Of a stretch of 64,000 bases of DNA, positions 1 through 13,772 are shown in pieces. The notes beneath the pieces are model-generated. The model had not been told where the DNA came from. It made no database searches and was given only the letters and a program-made list of their open reading frames with translations. Within the stretch, counting starts at the first letter, position 1, and every line of letters begins with the position of its first letter. Origin of the DNA: Bugula neritina. Lineage: Eukaryota; Animalia; Bryozoa. The stretch is from positions 22,009,504 to 22,073,503 of the forward strand of contig OZ037765.1 in assembly GCA_964035545.1 (NCBI GenBank), given 5' to 3'. Position numbers and translations under genes: made by a program.

Positions 1-4
1 TGCT

Positions 5-143
5 GGGGGCAGCCGTGTCTTAGCGATTAGAGCACTGGTCTATTGGGTCTTAGGTCTCAGCCCTGACTATTGGTGATGTCAGTGAGATCTAATTGTTCCT
101 GTGCTGCAGCAAAACTTTTCAAACTGTGTTGCCGTATCACAGG
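5..143 (+). mobile_element. Degenerate copy of the tRNA-derived SINE family also found at 5806, 9022 and 25945
   Basis: GGGGCAGCCGTGTCTTAGCGATTAGAGCA...ATTGGTGATGTC aligns by eye with the head of the 25945 copy (GGGAGTAGCCGTGGTCTAGCGGTTAGAGCA...ATTGGTGATGTT). The 3' limit is approximate. Confidence 0.65.
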
Positions 144-1099
144 AATATAGATTTTAAGCGGACAGGAGTTTTTTTTATTAGAACGTATTCTAAAATCATA
201 CAAGTTTTGTTTAAAAATGTGTCGTATTTTGATACATTGTTCAAACTTGTTCTTTTACATGCTCAGTGCCTGTGGAGTTGTGCACCACAAGAAAAACCAG
301 TGTGATGCTTTTTAGAAAGTCTAATCAAAATATTCCCAGACTTATAATCTTGAAGTAGTTTGGATATCTTAAAAATAAAACAATTTGGAGTTTTTATTTT
401 TATTGTTTGCTTATAAAATAACTCTGAATTTTTTTACTTCGACAATAGAGTGTAACTAGGGTGCGGCAGAATACCACACTAGTTGTTCTTGTTATCAACA
501 AACAAATCATTCTTCTTGAAAGTGACTAATGTTTCCATTTTTAGCTGACGGCTATTAGAAGAATAATTACTATTGATTCGGAGAAATTGTCATTTTTTGC
601 ACAAAATAATTTGGGCATGTTTGCAGCTCTTGCAACTCTGTAATTACCATGCAGCTGGTCACTACTGGTGTCAAACTAATGTCTCCTCTCTACGTCAAAC
701 TAAAATGGATGTCAGAAATGCAAAAATTTAACTAATGAAAATTAGTTGAGCTCTAGATGTAAGCAATAATCATCTGTTGCAGCTTTTGTTGTGGAACGCC
801 ATGAATGTCTCATCATAAGTTGCCAAGTCTGCAAGAAACATACAATAAAAGGTTCACCTAAAATTAATGCTACTTGCAAAATTTCCAAATTTACTTCGAC
901 ATTGCAGTCGTGATATACTCCTGTGGTAACTCAGGTAGCTCAGCTGATGGAACTTTTGTTGGCAAAAAGTGCTGAATATCTATACAATTTCACAGTTTGG
1001 ACATTTATCAGTTGATCACATCAACTGTACTGTATGTGTTAACCCATTTAGTTCAAAGAGAGTGTTTTTAAAAACTCCATGCTGACTTTATTTCTGCTG

Positions 1100-1385
1100 T
1101 CAATACTAGTTTTGAGCTAACCTATCCTCACTAGGCAATACAGAGCTATGCAACCATTGATGTGCTCCCCTTTCATAATGTAGTCACTCTAACAACTGTC
1201 TAAGCACCAATACTTGGTTGTGCCATGACTCAACTGTTTCTGGCGAAAGATGTGCTTAAAAAGCAGTTGAGAAGCATTAAGATAATTACATCATATGACT
1301 GGTATATTAAGATGCGATATGTCATACGATCAGGTCATTTTAATGGCATTTTTGCTTTACTATCATGTGAGAAAGGTTGACATAT
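1100..1385 (+). pseudogene. Possible heavily decayed hAT transposase C-terminal dimerisation domain
   Basis: Fragments in different frames read YLVVP, STVSGER, LRCDMSYDQ and FNGIFALLSCEK. Their order matches the hATC pattern ...P-V-T-x-x-S-x-E-R-S-F-S...L-R-S-T-M-S-Q-D-R-L-N-G-L-A-L-L-S-I-E. Stops and frameshifts throughout. Confidence 0.3.
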
Positions 1386-4300
1386 TCGTTTGTCATGGAT
1401 ACTGGCTAAATCTCGTCCACTTTCTAAATTTGCTTCATCATTTCAATCACCTGGAGAAACTGATCTTGTTTAATTGCTTCGTTACATCTTTTCCAGGAAA
1501 TGTATTGTGGGAGAAAAAAAATCAGTTGCAAATGAAAGCCAAATCATAAATTCTTGAATTTATAAGTAATTTTGACAGTTGCAGAAATTACCATGGTGAA
1601 CCCAAGAGGCACAACTCCTATATAAGAAATAAAGACAACCTGCACACAATCGATTTGTATGCTAAGTTAACCTATTTACGTTCTTGATAGAAAGTTGGAT
1701 CTCACGCCTCCTGACCCTTCAGCCATTAATTTGCCCGACAGTTTTTGTGAAGATGCAATCAACAGTGATAAATTGAGTGACGTTCTCATAATTACAAGTG
1801 GTCTTTGCTAGTCAGTTTTCAGTCCACAACAGTCAAACAGCATACAGTTTAGCTTTGAGGAGGTGGTATCAGTGTTGCAGTTGTCTCTAATAGCGCTGGT
1901 TCTAACAGATATTTGTAACACAAGAATGTCTTTGTTAATGAAATGAAGCAACCATCTTCCAAACCTAAATGCAAAACTACAACTTCTAAACCCAAGCTAA
2001 GCAAAAGTCTATATATTTTATATATCTAGCTGTTCTAGAGATGGTTTCAGTCTAACCACCTATATACACCCAAGCAAAAAATGTACAACTGTTCTCCCTC
2101 TTTCATTCATCAAGTACACTGGTTATTATCTAATTCTTTTGTGGGTAATAGAATATTTTACATAATTTTACTCAATCAAAATAGCTTTTACAAAAAAAAT
2201 CTATCAAATAAACGCTGATAATTAAGGGTTTTTTCATTAGCGAAACTTGTAGCGAATTCGAGTTCTACAACTTCACAAATATAAACTATTTTTATTTAAC
2301 TTTTCCCACCGTCATAAGTTTAGGTTATCAACATCAATATGAATACGAATATTGACTGATGTAGACTCTAATTATTGTGAACAATCATATCTTTAAATTT
2401 TTAAGTTTAATCAATAAGTTTTAAAAAGTTTTATTCATAATAACTTATTGTGCTACTAAAACTGCAATTCTGGTTATTGCATGAACATTACTATTATATA
2501 ACTATAATAATATATATTTATAAACATTAATCGTCACACCTTTGGTCAAGGTAACTAGGTGCTCTCCCTGTGAATGAGGTGAAGAAGCAGGCACATCTAC
2601 CTACTGCAGACATTGAGTGGTTAAAGTTTCCAATAGTTGCTCGTAAATGCGCCATAAATTTCAACTGGTTGATGGGCTACTTTAAAATTAATTTAAAATA
2701 AAAAATCGATTTAGTAATTTGAATTTCAAACTAGAATGGTATGAAAATTGCAGCAAGTGGGGTATTTTTTGCCTACTCTATCACAATTGTTGTTTTTGCT
2801 GATGTGTTTTAGCAATTTCTCCAGTAATTTTATTCATAGGTCACATCTCTTTGCAGACCACTAATCCCCAAGTTAACTACCACTGTCCTACCACTGTCGG
2901 TCACCATACTCTTATGAATTCAATTTGTCAACTACCAATTTTTAAATGATTTTTACCGATTTCAGTCATAGAAATTGCTGATGGAATATCAGTCATGCTG
3001 ATTGACAAGTCAGGTTGAAATCTGCTTAATTGTAATTTGAATACACGGCACAACTCTGTACCATCTCTTTCTACAAGGTTTTGCATCTGCTTAGCAACCC
3101 ATTTACCATTAATAAATTTGTTTACAATCATTTCTTTTTTTTTGTCTCATTATGCTGATGAAATAACTTCATGATATGTATTGTCAATTTGTTTTTTAAA
3201 AGTGCTAGAAATTAAAAACAAAAATCAGCAGTCATTGTTGTAAGCTGTAACAATATTATTTAGGTGCTCTATTTTACTTGGTGCATCACTTATAGATATA
3301 ATAACATTTTATATCTAAGTGTTTGTTGTTCCTCTTGCAAGATTTTTACCAAGGAATGATAGAAGTATAAAATTGTAATTATAAAGAAATAATCAATAGA
3401 ACCAATAATTAATAATATTGATTAATATCAATAATAAATAATTATATAATATTATGTTGTTTCAATAACTAAACCCTGTTGCTGCATTTTCTTCTGAAAC
3501 ACACTAAACATTTTATTATATGTATGTTATAAACTAACTACCTGTGGTTAATAAATAGGCATACAGTGTTTTTGAAATATAGAAATCATAGACATGTTCA
3601 TTGGGTAGTGTAAAGGTTCTGTGGAACAGTGGTTAGTTTTTCTTATATTTGAGATAATGACCACCAACTATTTATTTTTCATACAAAACTGATCAATAGT
3701 AATTTTTACCAACAAACTATAATGGTGTACAATAAATAACTCTAACAATAATTAACAAAATAATATATGCCTGAGTGTTTCTTTTATTGTTATTTCTAAT
3801 TATTTCCAAACAAAATACACAGTTTCGCAGTAATTGATTATGTAAGATTTGAGGTGTGCCTGAGGAATCTAACAGCTAAACCAGTTCCTTCATTTTTTAA
3901 AATAAAATTTGAGCATTTATTTTTGCCTTGCTCTTCAAATTCATCACAATACTACTCTACCATGTAGTCAAAATGTCGCTACCACCAGCAGCTTTAGATT
4001 CTTGTGAGACGCAGAAATTGCAAAAGATTGTAAACGGGTTTTTTTCCTGACTTTCTCAATTTTTGTCATTCTTTGCACTCGGTGAGTCTTGGTTCAATTC
4101 TTTCAACTCCGTGATGCTCTCTTTGCTCCGACAAGAATGCTGGTTAAGGAATGTGTTTAGATATTTTAATCACATGATTAGTATCTGACTCATACCTAAG
4201 CCATTTCTTTAAGCTCTGCCTTTATTCTAGTAGAATTAATTAACTTTTTATCTTTTGTTTTTGCAGGGATTATTTCAGCTCATATCTTTAGTATAGTAAC

Positions 4301-4734
4301 CAGTTTGAAAGCTGATATTAAATCTTACACAGAGTTTAGGCTACATGCTGCAGGACAATTTAAAAAATAGGATAATTTTCAATTCACGACTGGTAATATT
4401 TTGAAGCTCATTAGGTTTTCATGGGGAGAATGTTTATATTTGGGACAACTAAAATAGACACTGTAGGAGCAATAAGTGTCATGGGGGATTACAAAATGCA
4501 ATTGTTGCCCTGCCCCCAGGTAATTAAGTGTCTCAGAGTGGTAGTATTTACAGACTGTATATTCAACGCTTTGTTAATGAATAATAATGAGATGTGCTGA
4601 GTCAGTTTCATTAAGTTTCTGAGTGCATGGTTTTTTGTGTTTCAGTTTATTTTCGACTTGATGACTCTTGTAGACTCCACTGGATATCACCACCAATGTA
4701 ATTACATGCACTTGTTTTTCCATTGTTGACGCAG

Positions 4735-7700
4735 GTTGAAGAAACTATTGGTAGTAACTTGCCCGGAGTTATCCTTTCTCTAAGTGGAAACTCCTACAAG
4801 AGTAACAATCGCACTGACGAGAACGGGCACTTTTCCTTCATTGGTTTGGTATGACTAAGACCCTTGAAATTAAAAGTGTTTCCTTTGACACGTATAAATT
4901 GGTTCACCAGTTTGTTATAGATTGTAGGATTAAGTGGGTTATTTATAATCTACTAAATTACTCTACCAAGTGTTGTATATTTAATATTATATTCATGTAT
5001 AGGTACATTAATAGAGTTAATCCTATTTGCCAGTCTATCATACATGTATATGGCATGACATAATGGTAATTAAAATAATTGTACTGTAATTTTAGTTTGA
5101 GAAATGTGTTATCCTTAATAATGGCTATGAATATAGAAACGTATCATTTTGATTTGAAAGAATAACAATAATCCTTTTCAAAATTGGCCATTACTTGAAT
5201 ACCTAGATACATTCATTTTATCAATTTGTTGAAGTTGATATTTATTGCCTGTGTAAAGATGGATAAGATGTTACTATTGACATGTTTAGAGCCCCGGGCG
5301 ATACTACCTGAAGGCAATATTGAAAGAGTACGAGTTCTCGCCTGCTTCCATTGAAGTGGAAGTTGAAGAAGGTGTAACCAAAAAGGTGAAGGTCATTGGA
5401 AAAAGAGTTGCATACAGGTGAGAAACATTGTATAGTATTTTGTTTCTTTTCTGTAGGTTTGAAAGCTACTGGGGCATGAAGATAATTATGCGTGTGACTT
5501 CGGGTAATTGACTGTAAAGTACTATCCACACCTCCAAAATCCGAAAAGGCACCAATTTTTAAGTGTTTAATTACAAAGTTGAGAGGTTTTATGCAACTAT
5601 TTCATGTCTCAGCCAAGAGATAGATATTACAACCTTGTTAAAAATAATTAATAAATGTTAGTAGTGTAATAAAATCATTTAAATTAACAACTTTTTTCAA
5701 AAGTTTTAGTGTGTTTCTACATTTGTTACATTTTGGAAAAATGCTGCAGCTTCAATTTGTTCTGTTCTATTCCGGAACTATTTTCATGCAGATGGGCTAT
5801 AAAAAGCTCATGCAAGGTTATATCCACCATCTCTGTGAGAAAACCCCTAATAGAAAGGGTTTTTGTTAAATCGCGCTAAATGGGGCACTGAAGCAATTAT
5901 GACTGGATGCTCTTCCTAACATCACCAATGGCCTTTGTCGGGCTCAAACCCATGATTTCGTGCTTACTAGGCAAACTCTCTAACCCCCAAACCACTGCTG
6001 CTCCCTTCACTTTTTTCTGCACTGTTTCTATGTATTTTCAACTTGTCTCCCCTGCATAGGATACAAACTTTCATCTCTGTATCTCTAGTACTATCACCAG
6101 ATCATAGAGCATGGCAAGTACTCTCATTTATTTTTAGATGAAATAAAATACTTTCAACTTGTATAATGAGACAACTGCAAAACAGATGTGCTTCAGCCTC
6201 TTCATTCCTACTTTGATCATTCCCTTTCTGCTAGCTGTGTCTCGTAAACTACTTCTTAAGCCTGTTTAAAGTACTGTTTGAAATACTTATGCAATTGCAA
6301 AAACAATAAGCCTCATTAGTATAGCAAAAGAACCATAACGCTCAGCTATATCTGTTTGGTTCAAAATCATTTTATGAATGCAGATCAAAGATTTGACCCA
6401 GTTTCATGCGCCTCTTGCAATAGATCTTATCTTGGCTGTTGATCATCCTTCAGATTAGAGGTGCAAGTCAATTTGCTTATTCTCTCAATCTGTGTGGCTT
6501 CTGTGGCTCCTCTAGTTCTGAGAGTCTCCTGGTGTGTTTTCTTTGATACACTCTCATTAAATTTACCAGATGGAAACATCATCAAGTTGTTGTCTTGTGA
6601 GGGGACTGCATCACTTATTAGTGTTTAACTTCAGACTCTCTACTCTACGCAATCCTTAGGGTTAGGTGTCACCCACATATAGCAATACAATTGGTTTTTT
6701 TTAGAATTTTTTTGGATTGACACACCAATATGTTAGGATTAGCGGCTATATGAGTAATCACTGAGAACATATGTGGCCTGGCAATTTATTATTTCTTATT
6801 AATGATTATTGCTAAGTGGTGTAGAAGTGCTAATGGTAAATCATTGTCTGGAGTCTAAAATGATGGAAAGAATTCTTAATGAGATACTCTTTAGGCACCT
6901 ATCAATGTTAACAACTATTTTTTAGTCTAAATGCAGTTCTTCTGATTTCTATAATGGTCTTTGTGAGTTACTAGGAATCTACCATCACCCTCCTATAGGC
7001 TCATCCAGGTTTTAGGTTTTCTGATACACTTGCCAGTTACCAGGTTTTCCACCACAAATCGGTGGGTTACAAAAAGTTTCGTTTGAAAACTGTAAATAAA
7101 AATTGTTAAAATCCATTTAATGGATTTGCTATAAAAGAATGTATCATAAAATTTATTTTTTGAATAATTTTACTTTCTGGTATTTAAGTATTAAGTGACA
7201 TATGTAAGTTAATCATATCCGGGTTTAATAATATCTTTATTGCTATTACCTAATGAGAGATTGCAAAATGTATGTTAGTTGTTAGTTTTTCTGCTGGTCC
7301 ATCTGAAAATAGAATGGTGATTAATTGCTAACACTTTATCTCGTTTGCAACTCCGTCTTGAGTTTTGTTGTTTCCAGACATTCCATAAGAAAATCTGTTA
7401 GAACTATTCGTCAGTTAGAAAAGAAATTCATCAGAACAAAAACTTAACTTTGTTAATTACAAAAACGCTAATCAATTTCAAACATATGACATGATTGATG
7501 TTAATAGGCTTCTTAAAACGGGAAAGTGAACCCAACTTTTATTCTAATTATTTTAATTAAAAGAAAATGATGGCTCAACAAATTCATTGGTTTCTAATGA
7601 GGTTGAGCAACACGGACAATTAGAATTGAGTAGTGTGGCTTATAGTTTATCCAACAGTTTCCAAGGGGCATTCTGGCTGTTGCAGCGTATTCTCTCCAGG

Positions 7701-10700
7701 TATCAGGATGCTGTCAATTAAGCCACCCTCTCTCTATAACTGATGAAATATGCATCATTGTATTTTTTGCGTTTGACAGTTTCAGAGTGGCATATTATTA
7801 GTTGTAATATGAAATACTCTGCGTCAACGCTAGCTTAAAATATATCGTATAAAGATATTAACTTGAATAAGTGAGCAAAATATTGAGAAATTGTTTACAA
7901 GTCAAAATCAAAGTGTCTTACAACTTTAAAATAAAGTTTATTAAGTTGCATGCGACTGGAATTAAATTTAGTATTTGAATAATTGGTTACTTTTAGTAAA
8001 AATCGCCATAATTTTTGTCAGTCAATAACCTCACTTAATTTGGGCCTTTATTTCTAAAATTATTTCTCTTTCGCCATAATCATCAAAGTCATCTTGCTCA
8101 CTGACCTAGAAAGAAACGTGAAATTGATACAATGCATTTCTTTATTGGTCACAGGCTGGTAACTTTCTGTTATCTTTTTCTGTCCAAGGGATTTTCAATC
8201 AATGAAATCTTGAACCTAAAAATATATAACAATACATTGGTAATCAACCAGATGCTGTGGTGATTGTGAAATCCCACCAATATTTCTCCAAAGTCTCATG
8301 ATGTAAAGTATTAATGGTTTATACAATTTATTAATAGTAATGTTTTTGTTCAGTCAATAACCTTGCCTATTTAACACATAATTTCCAGCTGGGCTGGTGA
8401 CATTCCTTTGACTGTGGCCAATATTTCTACTGCCACTAGAATTTGGGCACGGGATCTGGCTGGCAGATGGTTGCTAATGGCACCCCATTTGATGTTGAAA
8501 CAGAAATATTTTGACTCAAAAACTACTTGTTTTTCAAGTGACTGGAGGAGTCAGGCTGCCAATGGTTGCCACTTGAAGGCTTCTATAAAACGATGTGCTA
8601 GTAGATAAATGCTTGCCATGTCTTTGGTCTCTGATACTACTGCTTATATACACACCTGCAGTCTAATTTGAAACTAATGTCATATGCTTTGTACAAAGAG
8701 GTAAATAAACTTTACCCAATTATGCAGTTATTTAACTAGATAAAATGGTTTCAGGTAAGGAAGTGTTAGGTATACTTCTACACATGCAACTGGTTCATCA
8801 GTTTGTACTGTGTATGCTTTATTTTCTAGTAGTCAATCATTTTAGAAGCAGCCACTTTGTATTTAGAATTTCAGTAAAACAATTTTAATAATAGGTCACA
8901 GTTTTCATTAGGATAATATTACATGGTATTGAAGTATGTTCCTTCTAAAACCCCTTCCACGTGTTTGCATTAAAGATCGTTTGTTTCAAATTTAGAACAT
9001 TATAGTTTAGTTCTTTACCGCACTCCCATGAGTTTATAGTCGATATTCCAGTGAGAATCCCCTGATGAAAAGCTTTTTTAAAGCAGGCAAAGGACTTTCC
9101 TAACATGGTACAGGCACAGTTATGACTGAATTCTCTCCCTAACATCATCGCCAGTGTTCGGACTTGAACCTATAATTTCGTGTTTACTAGGCCAGCACTT
9201 TGGCCACTATAAAACTTTTGCCCCCACTGGGATTCGAACCCGAGACCTCCGGCTTGCAAGCAGGCACGCTAACCATTAGACCACAGGGACCACTAGGTAA
9301 ACTCAACACTAGTCCACTAATCCACTGCTGCTTCCATTCTAACACCTTTAATCACAGGAAACTGTTACTTTAAACAATATTAATAACTAGTCCTTCATTC
9401 TTGCTCCCCAGCATCATTTTCTCAGATCCATTTGTCTATCTGGTAAATTCTGAATCGCCAACCTATCTAGTGTTACACAATAAGCAAGATATTCCAATAA
9501 TAATGTCTTCAGTCAGCCCTCCAACAGTCTAAACCTTGTGTCGTCATCTGGTACTTTGCTATTCCGAGCTTGGACTGTATTGATGAATTAATTTAAATAT
9601 GCTCGAGTCATGCATTAATTACAATAATTAGCAAACTGAAGATATTCACTTTCCTTGGCAAGTAATGAGTTGAAATATTTTTGGTTCTGTTAATCTGATG
9701 GAATTTTGATTTAGTGATTGTAATTATATACAATATCTGTTAAGTGAACTACTATCCATTTACATTTACATGGCAGTTTAATTAAACTTTTTGAACGCTA
9801 TATATCAAATATCCATCAATACTCGCTAGCACTTACTAATTATAATATTTGCTTGCAAAAACTATTATGTAATGAATATTGACCTGCTAGTATAGCTATT
9901 TCTTTTGAAATTCAATTTTTCATTTCATAATTTATAAATAAAATTGGGTAAATTCATGGTTCCATGTTTTGTTTTTTTTAGCTGCTCTGGCGTTGTTGTT
10001 AACCTCAATGGTAAGCCAGTTAGTCAAAGTGTGGTGGTTCGAGCTGAGGGGGTGCAAGGGGAGGATTGTATCAACACCGAAGAGAGTAGTCAAGCTGAGC
10101 CCAGCGGCTATTTCCGTGTTCGAGGACTCAAGGTTGATATGCACATGCAAACTCCTGAACGTGCTATCTATTGTTTTAATAGTTATAATTTGTTTGTTCA
10201 TGCTTCTGCAACACTCTCTTGAATAATGTGGACTTCCTTTCCATAGTCATTAGTCGCAGACTAATATGCATCTATAGATGTAATGTGTCACCCCAACACA
10301 TGGATTTAGACTTGGTTCATCAATATCTCAATAAATTCTGCGGCTGGCAAAGCTGTGCTTCTTTATACTAAAACTTGTTTTGTTGAATAAAAGTTGTCTA
10401 ATTCCTAAGTATTTTTACCATTTATTATATCTAAATTGACGTTTTTAAATTAAAGCAATTAATATAATATATATTTGCATATTATCATCATTATATTATG
10501 ATTATGCCAAATTAACATTGAATTTGTGGTGCTTTCAGAAGCTACTGCATATGATGACACTATAATAGATAAATTCCTAGTCGATTGTTTCATTAAAACC
10601 AAGTGATATATGGTTAGAATGTGTCAATGTAAGACTAGTAATATCTACATCTTCTAGGCACTTGGGTGGTTATGTTATGTTTAACTTCATTCATACCTTG

Positions 10701-13700
10701 TAAATATCATTAAATGCTTATTTTGTACCAAATTAAATTGCTATTACATTTTAAATTTGGATTATGTTTTATTTGTTTAGGAGTTTCTATTTGTAGAAAA
10801 CTTCAAAAATATAACAATACAATGTTTTGCGTAAGATGACTTGCAGTTATTGCTGCCTTACTTCTCTAATAGTATCTAAATAGTAGTGAGTTGGGACTAT
10901 AATTATTAATTTGTGTTTGTTTTAGCCTGGTTGCTCGTATAGATTTAGCCTACGCATCTTATCTGTTGAAGAGAAGAGCTCGTACCGCATCTCCCCTGAA
11001 AATTATCTGGTCGAACATGTAAGATTCTCTACTACACCTGGCTTATAAAGAAAAGTGTACCTGTAGACCATTTTCTATAAATTTGCTAACAAAAAAGCTT
11101 TTTAGTAACTTCTGCAACTAACCAGACTACAGCAAGTGCCAACATGTCAGTCCTATTCAAATTAAATATATACATTTGGGTTGCGTATGTGCTCTTATAT
11201 AATATGATTTATAAATAGTTATAGCTTATACATAAATTATTTTTATTTTAGTTTAAACTAATGCATTGCATTCAAATTAACTATAAATTTATTAATAATA
11301 GTGTCAATTTAAAATTGGTGCTATGCGTTGGCCCAGGGTTGGTGATGATAAATAATTTAGCTGTAGCTATCGTTTTTTGGCCTTACTCTCTGTTTTGGGA
11401 GAAAGCATGCAGACTTCCCTGTTGATCAGTGCAATTTCCTCTACACTCACCAGAGTCCATGTTCTGTGCATTTACAGACCAGAAAAGTCATTTTTTTCCA
11501 TGAAGGATTTGTTTTATCAGATGCAAGTTATTCCAGCACCCAGTATAATTTTAGTGCTATTGGCTAACAGTCTTTTTATCTAATACTTAATTAGTGTAAT
11601 AAAAATGCAGTTTTCTTGATAAATGAATGTAAATTAACAATAAAAATTCATAACACAACTTTTAATGGGATACGTGTGGTATTTAATGATGAATATGCAA
11701 ATGCATCATAAATTTTCTCCGTTTCCCTTTTCGAAGTATTGTTATTTGGTTATATATCTTAATAGTGTGTGTGGAAACTGGAAATAGAAGCAAAAAGTTG
11801 TAACTGGCTTGTGAGCATCTTAAGCTAATTTCATTCCTCGTGGCAATTAATTAGGACCTGTGCCGTGTTTGTCACAGGTGGATACAGGCCAACAAATATG
11901 CTGCAACACTGCTAATAGCATATATTACAATGTACTAATAGCATATACTACAGTGTACTAATAGCATATACTACAGTGCGCTAATAGCATGTACTACAGT
12001 GTACTAATAACATATACTACAGTGCACTAATAGCATATACTACAGTGCACTAATAGCATATACTACAGTGCACTAATAGCATATACTACAGTGCACTAAT
12101 AGCATATACTACAGTGCACTAATAGCATATACTACAGTGCACTAATAGCATATGCTACAGTGCACTAATAGCATATGCTACAGTGCACTAATAGCATATA
12201 CTACAGTGTACTAATAGCATGTACTACAGTGTACTAATAGCATATCTTCTGTATCAGATGGGGTCTGAAGATGTTGACATTGGGCAGTTCACAGTTATAG
12301 AAAGCTCAAAGCAAACGGCTGTTAGTGTCTTCATCAACTCACACACTGATTTCCTCTCCACTTTGAAGGTACTATCTGTGATGTCTTCCAATACATCACA
12401 TTTCTATACATGCTAGCTCTATTTAGCACATGTTTCCTCAGTCTATGATGTAAAGCTCTGCAGTTGTAGCAGCAGTGTGTCTTATTATAAGTTACATTTT
12501 CTTGTCCTGTAATATGATGAGATTGATATTAACTTTTCAAACAGCCATATTTATACTAAGTTTTGATTTGATGAATAGCAAGTATCTTTTGAAAATATTT
12601 CTTTTTTGAGTGTTTTAAGATCTTGCCTTGTGCTAAGAGTTGAGGTTTCCCCCACATTGAAATATTTCCGTAGAAAACATGGCTATTTAAACGGGTTGTG
12701 AAAGAGGCATTAGGATGGGACCTTTTTATACAGTTGTTGTCTTGCTAAGAAAGATTTGTGTATTCAAGAAGAATACTGAATTTGCTAAATTGTTTGTTCT
12801 CCAATTTTATTAAGAAGTGTACGTAGTTGGACGTAAAGACATAATTTATAATTTTCTCAGTTACTTGGAATACAACACTTTTCAAAACTGCATGTTTATA
12901 GCATGCAGCATGTGCCATTTTAAAGACTTTTCCGGTTTCTAATAACTTGAAGTAGCCATGTTTTTAGGAAAGATTTCAAAGTAGAAGGGTCTTTATTCTT
13001 GCTGTTATAATCCTTGTTTACATTAAAGCCATTTACCTTAACACCTGGATGTTATCATGTCTGTCTGTACCGCAGGTTGTACTGATGAAAGACGGAGCAG
13101 CATCTCCTTTACAGAGTGTTTCCGTTGCTTCCAGTAAAGTTATTTTCCTCAATAGTCTCCCCATGGATTCTTCGGTAATACTTTATTTTTAATACTGGCA
13201 GACCTTCCTACCTAAACCAAGGGTGATCTATTCTATAACTTTTTTCAACTGTATCTTGCTTTAGTTTACAGTGCCAATACTCTTCATTCTTTTTTACTTA
13301 ATTATCGCATACCACATCAGTGCCCATGAATATCGGTCATCTATCCTTTCTCTTTTGACTGCAAGAGATGAAGTGAAAGCTGTGAGAGGCCCTTATTATC
13401 TTTCAAGTACTTGGAATTGTTCCATCTATTATAGTTGTTTAATGTTTTATCTTGGTGACTCGTTAATAATATAGATAAAGATCGGCTCAAAAATGTGTTG
13501 CTTTACTATTTATGGGTTATTAAATTATTAAAATATTGGGGTAATATATTTGATATTTGGGTAGCAATAATAGGTGTTAGCTTTGTACATTGGCTTATAT
13601 ACACACCCCGCACACACCACACGCACACCACACACACACACACCACACTCACACCACATACACACACACCACACACACACCACACACACCCCACACACAC

Positions 13701-13741
13701 CACACACACACACACACCACACACACACCACACACCCCCCA

Positions 13742-13772
<31 letters not shown>

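Noticed and set aside
4267-4370. Additional NOMO exon after a strong acceptor
   Set aside because: The translation does not resemble NOMO and runs into a stop without a clear donor.
9219-9290. Functional tRNA-Ala gene
   Set aside because: 6-nt anticodon loop, mismatched D and T stems, and flanked by a target duplication.
11912-12245. CRISPR-like array
   Set aside because: The units are contiguous with no unique spacers, in a eukaryotic intron with no cas genes.
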